Source: an uncultured Acidobacteriota bacterium (GTDB lineage Bacteria; Acidobacteriota; UBA6911). Taken from it: a stretch of DNA of 64,000 nucleotides. The stretch is from NCBI GenBank assembly GCA_963809485.1, contig CAWEJX010000007.1, forward strand, positions 96,001-160,000, in the 5' to 3' direction. A program made the position numbers and the translations under genes. Every line of letters begins with the position of its first letter. Within the stretch, counting starts at the first letter, position 1. Under the pieces are notes generated by a model. It was not told the origin of the DNA. It ran no database searches and was given only the letters and a program-made list of their open reading frames with translations. Shown here one piece after another: positions 10,063 through 20,261 of this stretch.

Positions 10063-11696
10063 TTACTCCATGTCCTTGCCGGCCAGGTGCAGCCCGACGA
10101 GGCGGCCGAAGGTTACGCAGCGGCCGTGACTCAAACCGGGAAAGACCGTGGGATAGTCCACGGCAAACATGTCTCCCTGAACATTGCCCACTGCATAGAG
10201 CCCGCCCAGCGGTTCGTCACGCTCGTCCAGAACCTCAAGTTTTGTGTTTACCCGCAGGCCGCTGGTTGTCGCCAGGAGCGCGCTCTTCATCAGGCCGCCA
10301 TAGAAAGGCGGCTTCTCGATCGGGAACAGAAGCTCCTTGCGCTTGCCGAAGTCCTCGTCCACTCCCTTTTTCACGAGCTCGTTGTAGCGCGCAACCGTTT
10401 TTTTGAAGGCATCGGCCGGCACCTTCATTCTGGCCGCCAGTTCATCCAGCGTGTCCGACTTGAAGGCCAGCCCGGCCTTGATGTTTTCCTCCAGGGCTTC
10501 GATATCCTGGCCGGGCGACCACTCTTCATCCATGTCGCGGCCCGGGTGATCCCAGAAAAAGCCGCCGCCGATGGGGATCGTCTGCGGGACGTATTTCAGA
10601 AAATCGGAATCCAGTATTGTCCAACCGATTCCATCGGTCTGCATCATCATGCCCAGGCAGCATGCCTGGCACGCAAGGTCCTCGTTCTGGTAGCGCAAGC
10701 CGTGTTTGTTCACATGCAGGAAAAAGTAGGGCCAGGCTCCGCCCAGGGTGTGAATCATCGGGGCGTGGGTCCCTTTCTGCATGGCGGCGCCTGCCCACAG
10801 ACCCATCTTGTGCCCGTCACCCACGTTGGCGCCCAGCGGGGTATACACATTGTGGTTCACATAGGTCGCGATCGGGCAGTAGTGGCGCAGCATTTCCGGA
10901 TTGGATCCGTAGTCGCCCGTGGCCATCACAACGCCCCTCTTGGCGATGAAACGGGTGTAGTCGCCGGCCGTTCCGCCGATGACGCCGGTCACCGGTCCTT
11001 TTCCTTCGCGGATCAGGCGGACGCCGGGTGTCCTGTAGCGGAAATCGACGCCCTTCGTCTTGGCGTTTTTCTCCAGTGTTTCCACAACGTCTATGAAGGA
11101 CCCATCCTTCGTGTGAGGACCGCCCAGAATATGGTGGGTGGTCGGGTACTCGAAGTAGTTCGGACCCTTGTATTGAGCTGCCGACATTTTGGCCACCAGT
11201 CCCGCGGGCTCGGTCTGATCCAACATCCAGTCCAACACCTTGCCGCTATGCCGTGTCCAGATCCAGTAAAGCTCCTCTTTGACCTGCTTGTCGCAACTCT
11301 TGATCAGCTCGCGAATGGCTGTGGGAACGTCGATTTTGATGCCCATCTTTTTCTGAACACGGCTGTCGATGGCGGCGATATCGAAGCCGCGTGCCGAAAA
11401 CTTCTTCATCTTTTCAAGCACCACCACCTTGGCGCCGCCCTCGGCCGCCGACAGAGCAGTGACGATTCCCGCAACGCCGGCGCCGATCACCACCACGTCC
11501 GCGGTCACCGTTTTTTTGATTTCGCCGGCCGGAATAGGAGGGGGAGCGATCTCCCAGGACTTCCTGCAGTCAGACTGGGGCTGGCTTCCTTTTGCTCTGC
11601 CGACATCGGGCCGGATACGGCCATACCCGCCATCCCGGAGGCAACCGCCCCTTTTATAAATCCACGACGTCCTATCTTTGATTTCGTTTTGCTCAT
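10063..11696 (-). pseudogene. Tat-exported FAD-dependent reductase (flavocytochrome c/fumarate reductase flavin-subunit family), frameshifted at ~11560-11600
   Basis: Tat leader (GRRGFIKG) in ORF 11505-11711. Mature domain with VVIGAGVAG, VMATGDY, GLYAVGN and HGRCVTFGR is in another frame that stays open upstream through WEIAPPPIP. Confidence 0.8.
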
Positions 11697-11892
11697 CGCC
11701 CTCTCATCCATATCTCACTCTCTATTCCCTGACACCGGTTTACAAAGACACAAAACGACGACGGATGAACCCGCGCGTTAAGGCAGCCAATACATGATAT
11801 CGCATGAAAAGCAAACTTGAGAGCCGAAATTCAGGAGAGCAAAAACCGACTTCAAAGCCTCCAGGCATCACAGGTGTTGCGCAACCAGGCTC

Positions 11893-12054
11893 TCAGCCTA
11901 CCTTAGTAAACTGGTCCTTGCCCACGCCGCAAAGTGGGCAGACCCAATCGTCCGGCAGTTTTTCGAACGCCGTTCCCTTGGGCACGCCGCTGTCCGGATC
12001 GCCCTCCGCCGGGTCATAAATGTAGCCGCATGCATCACATTCGTATTTATCCAT
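11893..12054 (-). CDS. Rubredoxin
   Basis: [15 protein letters not shown]...[14 protein letters not shown]. Confidence 0.95.
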   Translation of the reverse strand: MDKYECDACGYIYDPAEGDPDSGVPKGTAFEKLPDDWVCPLCGVGKDQFTKVG

Positions 12055-12552
12055 AAACACCTCATGGATATTCCTTGAATTTTGTGTCCGGGTCAAACGA
12101 GGCCACAACTATGGCACAACAATATTTGCCTTTGGAAGCCAATTCCGGTCAGATGTTCGTCAGCCCTTTTCAGCGTCCATCGGCGTTAATGGATGCGGTA
12201 GCGATCCGGCCTTGCAGGCTTCCCGGCAGCAGATCCGGGGGAATTCTGATGCACTCCAGCCTCTGGAGCTCTCCAGGAACCGTTCACGAGCCCGGATTCC
12301 CGCACAACCGTATCGTCCGCAGAATATGAGCGACATCCGCAGCATGCCCGAACGTATCTTCTTTTTCTTCAAACTGAATCCCATGTATTATAGCGTCCAC
12401 GGGGCATCGTGATATTTTGATCCGGATTGCCCCGTTCCGGCGCCGGCGGCAGACGGCCGTTTTATCGGGATATTGGCTTCCCGAGTTTGCCTTCAGGTTG
12501 CCGGGGTGCTTCTCTCCGCACAGTGCGGAGGTTTCGCAGAGACCTGGCATTC

Positions 12553-14823
12553 GTGAACAACACAGCCGTATCCGTTAAAAACGTCAGCAAGAAATACCGC
12601 CTGTATGACAGCCCGCAACAGCGGCTCAAGGAAGCCTTGCACCCGTTTCGCAAAAGGCTTCACCACGAGTTCCAGGCGCTCACGGACATTTCTTTCGATG
12701 TGCCGCGGGGTGAAACCTTCGGGATCCTCGGGCGCAACGGCAGCGGCAAAAGCACGCTCCTGCAGATCATCTGCGGCATTCTCCAGCCCACTTCCGGAAG
12801 CGTACTGACCAACGGCCGGATTTCGGCCGTACTCGAGCTGGGAGCCGGTTTCAACCCGGAATTCACGGGCAGGAACAACGTGTATATGAACGGCGCGATC
12901 CAGGGCTTCACCCGGGCGGAGATGGATGCCCGCATGGCGGACATCGAAAGTTTCGCCGACATCGGCGCCTTCATCGGGCAGCCGATGAAAACTTACTCCA
13001 GCGGCATGTACATCCGGCTGGCATTTGCCTGTGCCGTCAACATCAAGCCCGACATCCTGGTGGTGGATGAAGCCCTGAGTGTGGGGGACGTTTTTTTCCA
13101 GCAAAAATGCTACGCGCGGATCCGCGATATCATCGCGGACGGCACGACCTGCATATTCGTTTCGCACGATACCCAGGCGGTGATGAACATCTGCAGTCAG
13201 GCGATCCTGCTTCACGACGGTGCGCTCGCCTTCCAGGGATCTCCGGAGGAGGCAGTCAGCAGGTATTATGCCACCATGGGAAAGCGGGCGCCCGCGCTGC
13301 GCCCGATGGAAATGGAAGAAAAGGACGCCGGGCCGGGCGTTTCAGACCTCATGCTGCCGGAGGAAATTGAAAGGCACACCATCCTGGGGCCGGGCGTGAA
13401 CCGTTACGGAGCAGGCGGCCTGGTCGTGGCGGCTGCGCGGATCACCAACCGCGGGGGAATCGATACCCTCGAAGTCCCGATGATGGAGGCGCTGCATTTT
13501 CACATCCTGCTCCGCGCGAATGCGGAAATTTTCGACCCGAGCACCGGTATCCACCTGTACGACCGTCTCGGCAACCTTGTCTTCGCCACGGGAACGAGGC
13601 AGCTGCGTCACAGGCTGCCGGACATGAAGCCCGGCGAAGAACTCGTGGTACATCTCGAGATCACCTTCAGCGTCCAGCCGGGCGAGTACACATTCACCCT
13701 GGGAGCATCGGAGCCTTCAGACGACGGTCCGAACGTCGCCTACGCACAGGACCGCCTGCAGATGCTCGGGCCGATCCTTGTGACGGCCGACCTCAACAGG
13801 ATTCTGCCTTTTTACGGGATCGCCCGGTTGCCGATGAATGTATCCTACGGCCAGGCTTCCGGCGCGAACCGGGATGCCAAACCTGCGCCCGGCAAATCTG
13901 CGGGACGAACCTCAGCCGCCCGAATCTCATGGATGATGACGCACTGGTGCAGCTATCGATGCAGCTACTGCGGCGTGGAAACCTTTGCCGGGAAAGAACG
14001 CGGCAGGAAAGCCGCCCATGCATTTGATCACTACCCGGTTGAGGCATGGCTGGAAGCGTTCGCGAAATTTCCCCAGCGCGAACTCTATCTGAAAATCACC
14101 GGCGGCGAGCCATTCCTTGACAGGAGGAATCTGATCGCCTTCGTCAACGGTCTGAGCAAGCTGGACAATTTCCGCCGGATCCGTATCGATACTGCGGCCG
14201 TTTGGCATCCGCGAGCATTCGCGGGAATGGAGAAGGGCAAAATCCTGCTGAACGCAAGCTACCATCCGACCCAGGCAGGATTCGAGACTTTCTTTGAAAG
14301 GCTGAAGGAGATACGCGAAGACGGCTTTACGGTAGCGCTCGTGAACTATGTGCTCGCGCCGGAAAATTATGCGTTATTTCCCGATTGTTTTGAAAGGCTG
14401 GAAGGCGCCGGCTTCCTCGTCAATGTTGCAGCGATGATCCCGGCGGGAAAATATGCCGGACGGCATCAACGAGTCGCGGAAGAGATCGATCTCATTAGAA
14501 AGTACTCCCCCCCGATCGACGCCAAATACAGGCTCACCCAGCCGAGGACGAAAGGCCGTCCCTGCCTGCATCCTTCGGTCAGTTACATCATGAGCTTTGA
14601 TGGAGAAATAGCGGTCGAATGCGTCGGCAAGCCATCCAATATTTTCGAGGCCCCGATCCCGGATCTGCCCGAAGGTGCGGTCCAGTGTCCCAAAGAGCAC
14701 TGTTCCGGTTGCTTCGAAATGTATAGAGAACTCCTGGACGAACCCCTCGCGCGCCCCGGAACAAGCCTGGGCTACCTCAGCGAAATTGCTGATGAAATAC
14801 GCCGCTGGCGCCAGGGCGCCTGA
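12553..14823 (+). CDS. Wzt-type polysaccharide ABC transporter ATPase + Wzt C-terminal domain + radical SAM domain fusion
   Basis: Walker A GRNGSGKST, YSSGM signature, ILVVDE, VSHD, then a Wzt_C-like beta domain (LYDRLGNLVFAT...VQPGEYTF), a linker, CSYRCSYC, GGEP and a Cys-rich tail. One continuous ORF with probable GTG start at 12553. Confidence 0.85.
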   Translation: MNNTAVSVKNVSKKYRLYDSPQQRLKEALHPFRKRLHHEFQALTDISFDVPRGETFGILGRNGSGKSTLLQIICGILQPTSGSVLTNGRISAVLELGAGFNPEFTGRNNVYMNGAIQGFTRAEMDARMADIESFADIGAFIGQPMKTYSSGMYIRLAFACAVNIKPDILVVDEALSVGDVFFQQKCYARIRDIIADGTTCIFVSHDTQAVMNICSQAILLHDGALAFQGSPEEAVSRYYATMGKRAPALRPMEMEEKDAGPGVSDLMLPEEIERHTILGPGVNRYGAGGLVVAAARITNRGGIDTLEVPMMEALHFHILLRANAEIFDPSTGIHLYDRLGNLVFATGTRQLRHRLPDMKPGEELVVHLEITFSVQPGEYTFTLGASEPSDDGPNVAYAQDRLQMLGPILVTADLNRILPFYGIARLPMNVSYGQASGANRDAKPAPGKSAGRTSAARISWMMTHWCSYRCSYCGVETFAGKERGRKAAHAFDHYPVEAWLEAFAKFPQRELYLKITGGEPFLDRRNLIAFVNGLSKLDNFRRIRIDTAAVWHPRAFAGMEKGKILLNASYHPTQAGFETFFERLKEIREDGFTVALVNYVLAPENYALFPDCFERLEGAGFLVNVAAMIPAGKYAGRHQRVAEEIDLIRKYSPPIDAKYRLTQPRTKGRPCLHPSVSYIMSFDGEIAVECVGKPSNIFEAPIPDLPEGAVQCPKEHCSGCFEMYRELLDEPLARPGTSLGYLSEIADEIRRWRQGA

Positions 14824-14860
14824 CAACCTTGAACGGCATTGTCTTACCCGGCAATTCCGC

Positions 14861-16312
14861 TTAGCGACCGCGCATAAACAACGTAAATCCTTTGAGAGTG
14901 TACAGGGTCCAGGCAGGATCCCGGCTCGCCTGATCTCTGAAACCGGCGCATGGATCGAAGACCGGACTGTTGAAGCAAACGACAATACGGCGCTTTATGC
15001 CTGGCTTCGCCAGAGATCCGAGGGCGGGATTCAAATCTGTATAAATGTATTCCTTTAATTGGGGATAATAATATCCAAGCAGAGGATATATCTGCGGAAC
15101 CGAGACTATATCTCCTGGGTGTAGATTCCTGCGGAGAAATGCCGCTGCGCCGCGCCAATCCACGGGCTCATGATGAGCGTGCACGTAGCTGGTCCAGATG
15201 GACCCGCACATCAATAACACGGCAAATGCGGTCGCGTAAGCACCGGCTTTGGCCGGGGGATGCGCAAGAACCGCAAACCGTTTCCCAAGGTGGAACAGCC
15301 CGTATCCGCACAGGAGAACAATGGGAGGGAGGACATGCAGCAAATGACGAATCGAAAAGAAATAGCCTGCCCATATCTCAATTCCAAACAGCAGGGGGAC
15401 GGGCACAATCAGCCAGGTCAGAAGCCAAATCAGTTTGTATTTCTGGTTGTGGCGCATGAGCGCCCGAATGCCGAGAATTGTGCCAGCCATAAGCAGTGCG
15501 GAAACAGGATAACTGCGATCACCCAATTCCTTAATAATCAGCAACGGCAGTTTGGGATCCATTATTGCGGATGAGGGCGCAAGGGCCGGTCTGTAAAACG
15601 TGTATTGGATCCACGGGACAAAAGCTATCAGAGAGAGGACGCCAACGACGCACCAGATCAAATAATCCGATATGGGGATGGGCCCGAAAGCGGCGCCGGC
15701 TCTCGTCAGTGCTCGTTCCGGCGGATCCGTAGAATCAGGTTTAAGCAAAAGCGTGAAGCCAATAGCTGCAAATTGCGCGGTCAGTATCAAAGCGCCAAGA
15801 TAGCTGGTATAGAGAATCAGGATGTCTGCGGCCAATATCGGGATCCAGCCGGACCATCGCCGGCGCTGTCCGAACAAATGCCGGAATAGCAGATCATAGG
15901 AGATCAGAGACATCAAAAGCAGCAAAGAGTATGGTCGAGCCTCCTGGCTGAAGTGGACCGCCAGTGGGAAGAATGCAGACAGCAAAGCCGAAAAGACAGC
16001 TACCCGCGCGCCAAATAAAAAGAAAGCGAGACGATAGAAATATACTATTGCCAAAGTCCCGAAAAGGGCTGCATGGAAACGTATCGCCCATGTGGAATCC
16101 CCCGCAAGCCAGGTAACACCTCTCTGCATCAGGAAATCCAGAGGTGCAGCCAAATCCATCCCGTTCCGCAGCCTCGAAAGAATCTCCAACGGGGCAGCAT
16201 TCTGAATCATTGCAGCCTGCATTAGTTCATCAATCCATAGTTGACGGGAGCCCAAAAAAAGGAGCCTGTGCAGGAAACCGATTCCAATAATCAGGCCGAT
16301 GGCTTTCTTCAT
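14861..16312 (-). CDS. GT-C fold membrane glycosyltransferase (PMT/ArnT-like)
   Basis: LWIDE motif after the first TM helix, SQEARPYS, many TM helices, DWRGAA start of a periplasmic domain. Confidence 0.8.
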   Translation of the reverse strand: MKKAIGLIIGIGFLHRLLFLGSRQLWIDELMQAAMIQNAAPLEILSRLRNGMDLAAPLDFLMQRGVTWLAGDSTWAIRFHAALFGTLAIVYFYRLAFFLFGARVAVFSALLSAFFPLAVHFSQEARPYSLLLLMSLISYDLLFRHLFGQRRRWSGWIPILAADILILYTSYLGALILTAQFAAIGFTLLLKPDSTDPPERALTRAGAAFGPIPISDYLIWCVVGVLSLIAFVPWIQYTFYRPALAPSSAIMDPKLPLLIIKELGDRSYPVSALLMAGTILGIRALMRHNQKYKLIWLLTWLIVPVPLLFGIEIWAGYFFSIRHLLHVLPPIVLLCGYGLFHLGKRFAVLAHPPAKAGAYATAFAVLLMCGSIWTSYVHAHHEPVDWRGAAAFLRRNLHPGDIVSVPQIYPLLGYYYPQLKEYIYTDLNPALGSLAKPGIKRRIVVCFNSPVFDPCAGFRDQASRDPAWTLYTLKGFTLFMRGR

Positions 16313-16566
16313 AGCAAGGCGTGCTTCAATATTGGATTCTGGAGCCTTATGGCTGTTGTAAGAATTCGGGTTCGATAAAATGTCAGGCCCCTATGCTTTT
16401 GCATGTAGATTTTGTGATCTGAAATTCCGTCCAAGGCTCATTTCCCGGGGAATCCAGGCCATTAAAATCCGGCTGCAGCTTTCAGTGGTCCGGGCCCAAT
16501 GTGGTGCCTGCAATATAAAATGCATTTGCCCGATGACTATCCGGAATGCCTTGTGTCCTTCCTGAA

Positions 16567-17799
16567 TTATTTCCGGGCTCTTGCTGCAAGTGCCCTGTTC
16601 CCGAGCTCCGGAAGAAAAAGGACCGGCGCAATGATCAGGACGCTGCAAAGAGCCGCCAGCCCGAAGAGGACCGTAACATTCGGGCCTGCCAGCGGGGTAA
16701 TGATAAAGGTCGGGATCAGGACGGCGCCGAACACCTGCAGGCTGGAAATGATGCCGCCCGCGCTGCCCGCATAAACAGCGCCGATTTCAGGCAACAGCAT
16801 GGGAAGCGAGAAAATCAGCGGCGCGATGGCAGTCTGCATGAAACCTGCCAGGATCAGGGCGATGACGAGGGCCGCGCCCACCGGCAGTTGCCAGGACCAG
16901 AACGCGCCTGCGGCGCCCAGCAGGGCGATAAGGATCAGGTATGGTTTCATGACACCCATGCGGTTGCAGATCAACGGACCCATGAAGCTGCCGAAGATGC
17001 CTCCGAAAGTGCCCAGGGAGCCATAGAAGCCTGCCTTTACCGGATCGATGCTATGCAGGTCATGCAGCACGTTCGGGAGAAAAGTATTAAAGGTCATCGA
17101 GCAGCCCATGACAAAGAACAGGCAGATGCCGCCCATCCAGATGCTTTTGCTGCGGGCAGCCTTGCCGAGATACTGGATTGCGGGCAGGACCGGCAGGTCG
17201 GGCGCTCCTTCAGGCTTGTTCCTGGCGAGCAGCGCCCAAAGGATAAGAATGACAAGGCAGACCACACCTGAAAAAATAAAGGCGCTGCCTTCCGAGGGAA
17301 AGAGCGCCGTAGTGGCCGTCCCCAAAAAACTGGCGAGCATGGGGCTGATCATGTAGAGACCCACAACGGTGCCCATCTGCTCAGGAGGGAACCAGGCGCC
17401 GAACAGCTTTGCGAGGTTGCTGGTCAGAAGAGACGAGGCGATTCCAACCAGGAGCATCAGGAATAGAAACGGCCAGAACGACGTTACGCCGTAGCGGAAG
17501 GTGCAGCCGATTGCGGCGAGGACCAGGCCGACGGTGATGACTTTCTTCATGCCATAACGGTCGGCCAGGGTGCCTCCAAGGATACTGATTATGATGGAAC
17601 CCGTCATCGGGCCGGCCATCAGCGCTGCAAACTGTGACGTCGATATGTGCAGAGCGGGCATAAGTTTATATGCCAGCGGCGGGAGTTGGAATTGCGCATA
17701 GCTGCCGATGAATCCGGCCAGCATCGCGACACCCAGGATCACCCACCTGTAAGGTACTATGACCGGCTTCCCAAAATCGCTCATTTTTTGGCGCCTCAT
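16567..17799 (-). CDS. MFS transporter
   Basis: About 12 TM helices and motif A GTLADRYGMK. Confidence 0.9.
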   Translation of the reverse strand: MRRQKMSDFGKPVIVPYRWVILGVAMLAGFIGSYAQFQLPPLAYKLMPALHISTSQFAALMAGPMTGSIIISILGGTLADRYGMKKVITVGLVLAAIGCTFRYGVTSFWPFLFLMLLVGIASSLLTSNLAKLFGAWFPPEQMGTVVGLYMISPMLASFLGTATTALFPSEGSAFIFSGVVCLVILILWALLARNKPEGAPDLPVLPAIQYLGKAARSKSIWMGGICLFFVMGCSMTFNTFLPNVLHDLHSIDPVKAGFYGSLGTFGGIFGSFMGPLICNRMGVMKPYLILIALLGAAGAFWSWQLPVGAALVIALILAGFMQTAIAPLIFSLPMLLPEIGAVYAGSAGGIISSLQVFGAVLIPTFIITPLAGPNVTVLFGLAALCSVLIIAPVLFLPELGNRALAARARK

Positions 17800-18030
17800 C
17801 TCTCAGATATTCTTCAGGATATTCGGATATCGGACCGCGTCTGTTTTTAGGATAGTTGACCTTACATCGTGTCAAGCGTCCTTTGCAAGGCTTTGCCCAA
17901 ATTTCCGGAGCTTTTTCGATATCCGGGCCCTATCGCCATTGAAATATGCTACTACCGACATGGACAAACTATGCCATAATCACCATCATTCTAGGGCTTT
18001 CCACAACAGTTTCGGAAAGGAGAAGGTCAA

Positions 18031-19506
18031 TTGTTCAGGCACATTCCCAAAGGAACCCATGTCGGAAGGCGTGATTTCATCAGGACCACAACCATGGCGG
18101 GCATGGCGGCGAAACTTCCGGGGACTTCCCTTATGGGTCAGGAGTCCGGGGATTCACCGAAGCCCGGGCCTGACGGAACGAAAAGAAGGTTGCTTTGCCT
18201 GACCGACTCCCCGCCTGCATTGGAAAAGTTCTTCGAATCGGTACGGGCAATTAAGGAAGCCGATCTCCTTGTGAATCCGGTCAAGGTTAGTTTTCAAAAG
18301 CCGCAGGAAGTGATCGACTCCATCCGGGGCAACGAGGCGGATATCATTCTTATGTGCCTGCCGCGTTTCACCTTCAGCTTCGGAAAGCTTTATGACTCTC
18401 TGGGAGATCCGGGCATCCCAATGGTGATTTTTGCGCAGAGTCCCGACCTGATCCTGATTGATGCCAATTTTGCGGCATCACTGAGGGCCAATGGCGCAAA
18501 GGTGTTGTTCGCCACTTCACAGGCGCAGGCCATCGAGATGCTGCAAGCCGTCGCTGCTCCCAGGATTCTCGAAGGCAAGCGGGCTGTCATCTATGGCAGA
18601 CCGTTTGACTCGACCAGCGTGCCGGCGCGCAACCTGAATGAGGATTACGTCAACAGGCGGACAGGGGTCAGGATCCAGTACCGTCCGATGGATGAGCTGA
18701 TACAGCTTTATAAACTCACGGACGAAGCCGGCGCCGTAAAGGAAGCGGAGAGGTGGAAAAAGGAGGCGGCGGCAGTCGTTGAGCCTTCGGACAAGACCAT
18801 TCTTGACGCGAGCAGGCTCTATGTCCTGCTGCGCTCGATTATCGAAAAAGAGGGATTATCCGCGGTCTCCATCGACTGCCTGGGCCTCCTCTTTAATCCC
18901 AATCCTCCGTTGCCGTACCCGTGTCTTCCATTTGCGCGGCTGCGCGACGAAGGATTCACCGCCGCGTGTGAAGCCGACGTATGCGGGCTGCTGTCCTCAA
19001 TGTTTTTGCAGGAGATCAGCCGGAAGCCTTCGTTTTTATGCAACGTGCTGTCGGTGAACATGCAGCAGTCGAGCACCGCGCTCAGCCACTGCGTTGCTCC
19101 GTTGAAGCTGATGGGGCGTGAAGCTTCCCCGCTGCCGTACAAGCTCCGCGACTATCACGGTATGGGAAAAGGTGTTGTGCCCGAAGTGGCGTTCCCGGTA
19201 GGAATCGAGGTGATCGCGGGCGCATTCACCAAGGATTTGAAAAACTTCGTGCTCTGGCCCGGAAGGATCCAGGTAGGAGCGAAGACCGACACGGATACGC
19301 CCGCCCCGGCATCTCCCGCCGGCTTCAGGCGCATGACCTGCTCGAATTACGTGGAAGTAAAAATCAGGGATGCCGATCGTTTTCTGCAGAACATCGCGGG
19401 CATCCACCACATCATGATTTCCGGGAATTACACAACGGCCATGCAAGACGCGCTGCTTGCCATGAATGTGGGCCTTATCGGTCCTTCAGATTTCACCGCG
19501 CCGTAA
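18031..19506 (+). CDS. Tat-signal protein with L-fucose/L-arabinose isomerase-like C-terminal region
   Basis: GRRDFIR twin-arginine motif; SIDCL, ACEADV, LSHC and GIHHIMISG resemble fucose-isomerase-like proteins. Confidence 0.6.
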   Translation: MFRHIPKGTHVGRRDFIRTTTMAGMAAKLPGTSLMGQESGDSPKPGPDGTKRRLLCLTDSPPALEKFFESVRAIKEADLLVNPVKVSFQKPQEVIDSIRGNEADIILMCLPRFTFSFGKLYDSLGDPGIPMVIFAQSPDLILIDANFAASLRANGAKVLFATSQAQAIEMLQAVAAPRILEGKRAVIYGRPFDSTSVPARNLNEDYVNRRTGVRIQYRPMDELIQLYKLTDEAGAVKEAERWKKEAAAVVEPSDKTILDASRLYVLLRSIIEKEGLSAVSIDCLGLLFNPNPPLPYPCLPFARLRDEGFTAACEADVCGLLSSMFLQEISRKPSFLCNVLSVNMQQSSTALSHCVAPLKLMGREASPLPYKLRDYHGMGKGVVPEVAFPVGIEVIAGAFTKDLKNFVLWPGRIQVGAKTDTDTPAPASPAGFRRMTCSNYVEVKIRDADRFLQNIAGIHHIMISGNYTTAMQDALLAMNVGLIGPSDFTAP

Positions 19507-19507
19507 A

Positions 19508-19554
19508 GAAATTGGGGAAATTGGGGGAAATTGGAAATTGGGGACATCCCATAA
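19508..19554 (+). repeat. Stuttered repeat ending in GGGACATCCCAT
   Basis: GAAATTGGG/GAAATTGGGG/GAAATTG/GAAATTGGGGACATCCCATAA. Confidence 0.8.
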
Positions 19555-19666
19555 TGGTTCTGAAGCCGATCGGACTTCAAGCAAAAAGACCGTTGCCGAT
19601 AATGAGCCTTATTCCACTTCCTATCTGCTAAAATAGTAGACAATCACAAAGACAGGAGACCCCACC

Positions 19667-19927
19667 ATGGAAGAATCCGAACCAACCAAAGAGGAGTTGC
19701 TGAAACGCATCGCGGAGTTGGAGCAGCAGGCCCAGACCAGGAAACCGGTGAGCCTGGAGTTTCGGGTCAGTGAAAAAGGGGGTATCAGCGTTTACGGCCT
19801 GGGGCGGTTCCCCGTAACGCTTTATTACGAGCAGTGGATGAGGCTGCTGGACCGCGCCGCGGAACTGCGGGACTTTATCGAAGAAAACAAAAGCAGACTG
19901 AAAATGAAGCCCCGCGCCGGTGAATAA
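19667..19927 (+). CDS. Small conserved hypothetical protein (coiled coil plus possible PC4-like fold)
   Basis: Good RBS (AGGAG). N-terminal amphipathic helix, then FRVSEKGGISVYGLGRFPVTLYYEQWMRLL. Confidence 0.75.
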   Translation: MEESEPTKEELLKRIAELEQQAQTRKPVSLEFRVSEKGGISVYGLGRFPVTLYYEQWMRLLDRAAELRDFIEENKSRLKMKPRAGE

Positions 19928-19932
19928 CTGGT

Positions 19933-19989
19933 GAATGACCGGGAATGAGAATGACGGGAGAAATGACGGGAATGACGGGACACCCACTT
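19933..19989 (+). repeat. Stuttered repeat ending in GGGACACCCAC
   Basis: GAATGACCGG/GAATGA/GAATGACGGGA/GAAATGACGG/GAATGACGGGACACCCAC. Confidence 0.8.
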
Positions 19990-20261
19990 CCTATTAAGTT
20001 CGCAGGGCTCCGGCTGTAGTCCTGGATCAAAATGCATTCGCTGCCAAGCTTTGTGGGCGAAGACGCCCGGTTGAGGTATCGACGAGGATGCCCATTGGTG
20101 TCTGGCTTGGGGACTCTCTAACCGCTATTCAGGAACCGGCTGAGATCAAAATTGCATCAAAATTCGACATCCGGGCCGGTTGGAATCCTGGAGCACTGTT
20201 GGATTTTCTTCCCACACCTTAATGAATCCACATCGCTCTCAGATAGCCACAGGAGGCAGGC

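Noticed and set aside
12514-12530. CTCCGCAC-A-GTGCGGAG hairpin as a riboswitch upstream of the Wzt fusion
   Set aside because: A single small stem with no recognisable aptamer consensus.
12075-12550. Short ORFs as a missing wzm permease
   Set aside because: None has the multi-TM pattern of an ABC-2 permease.
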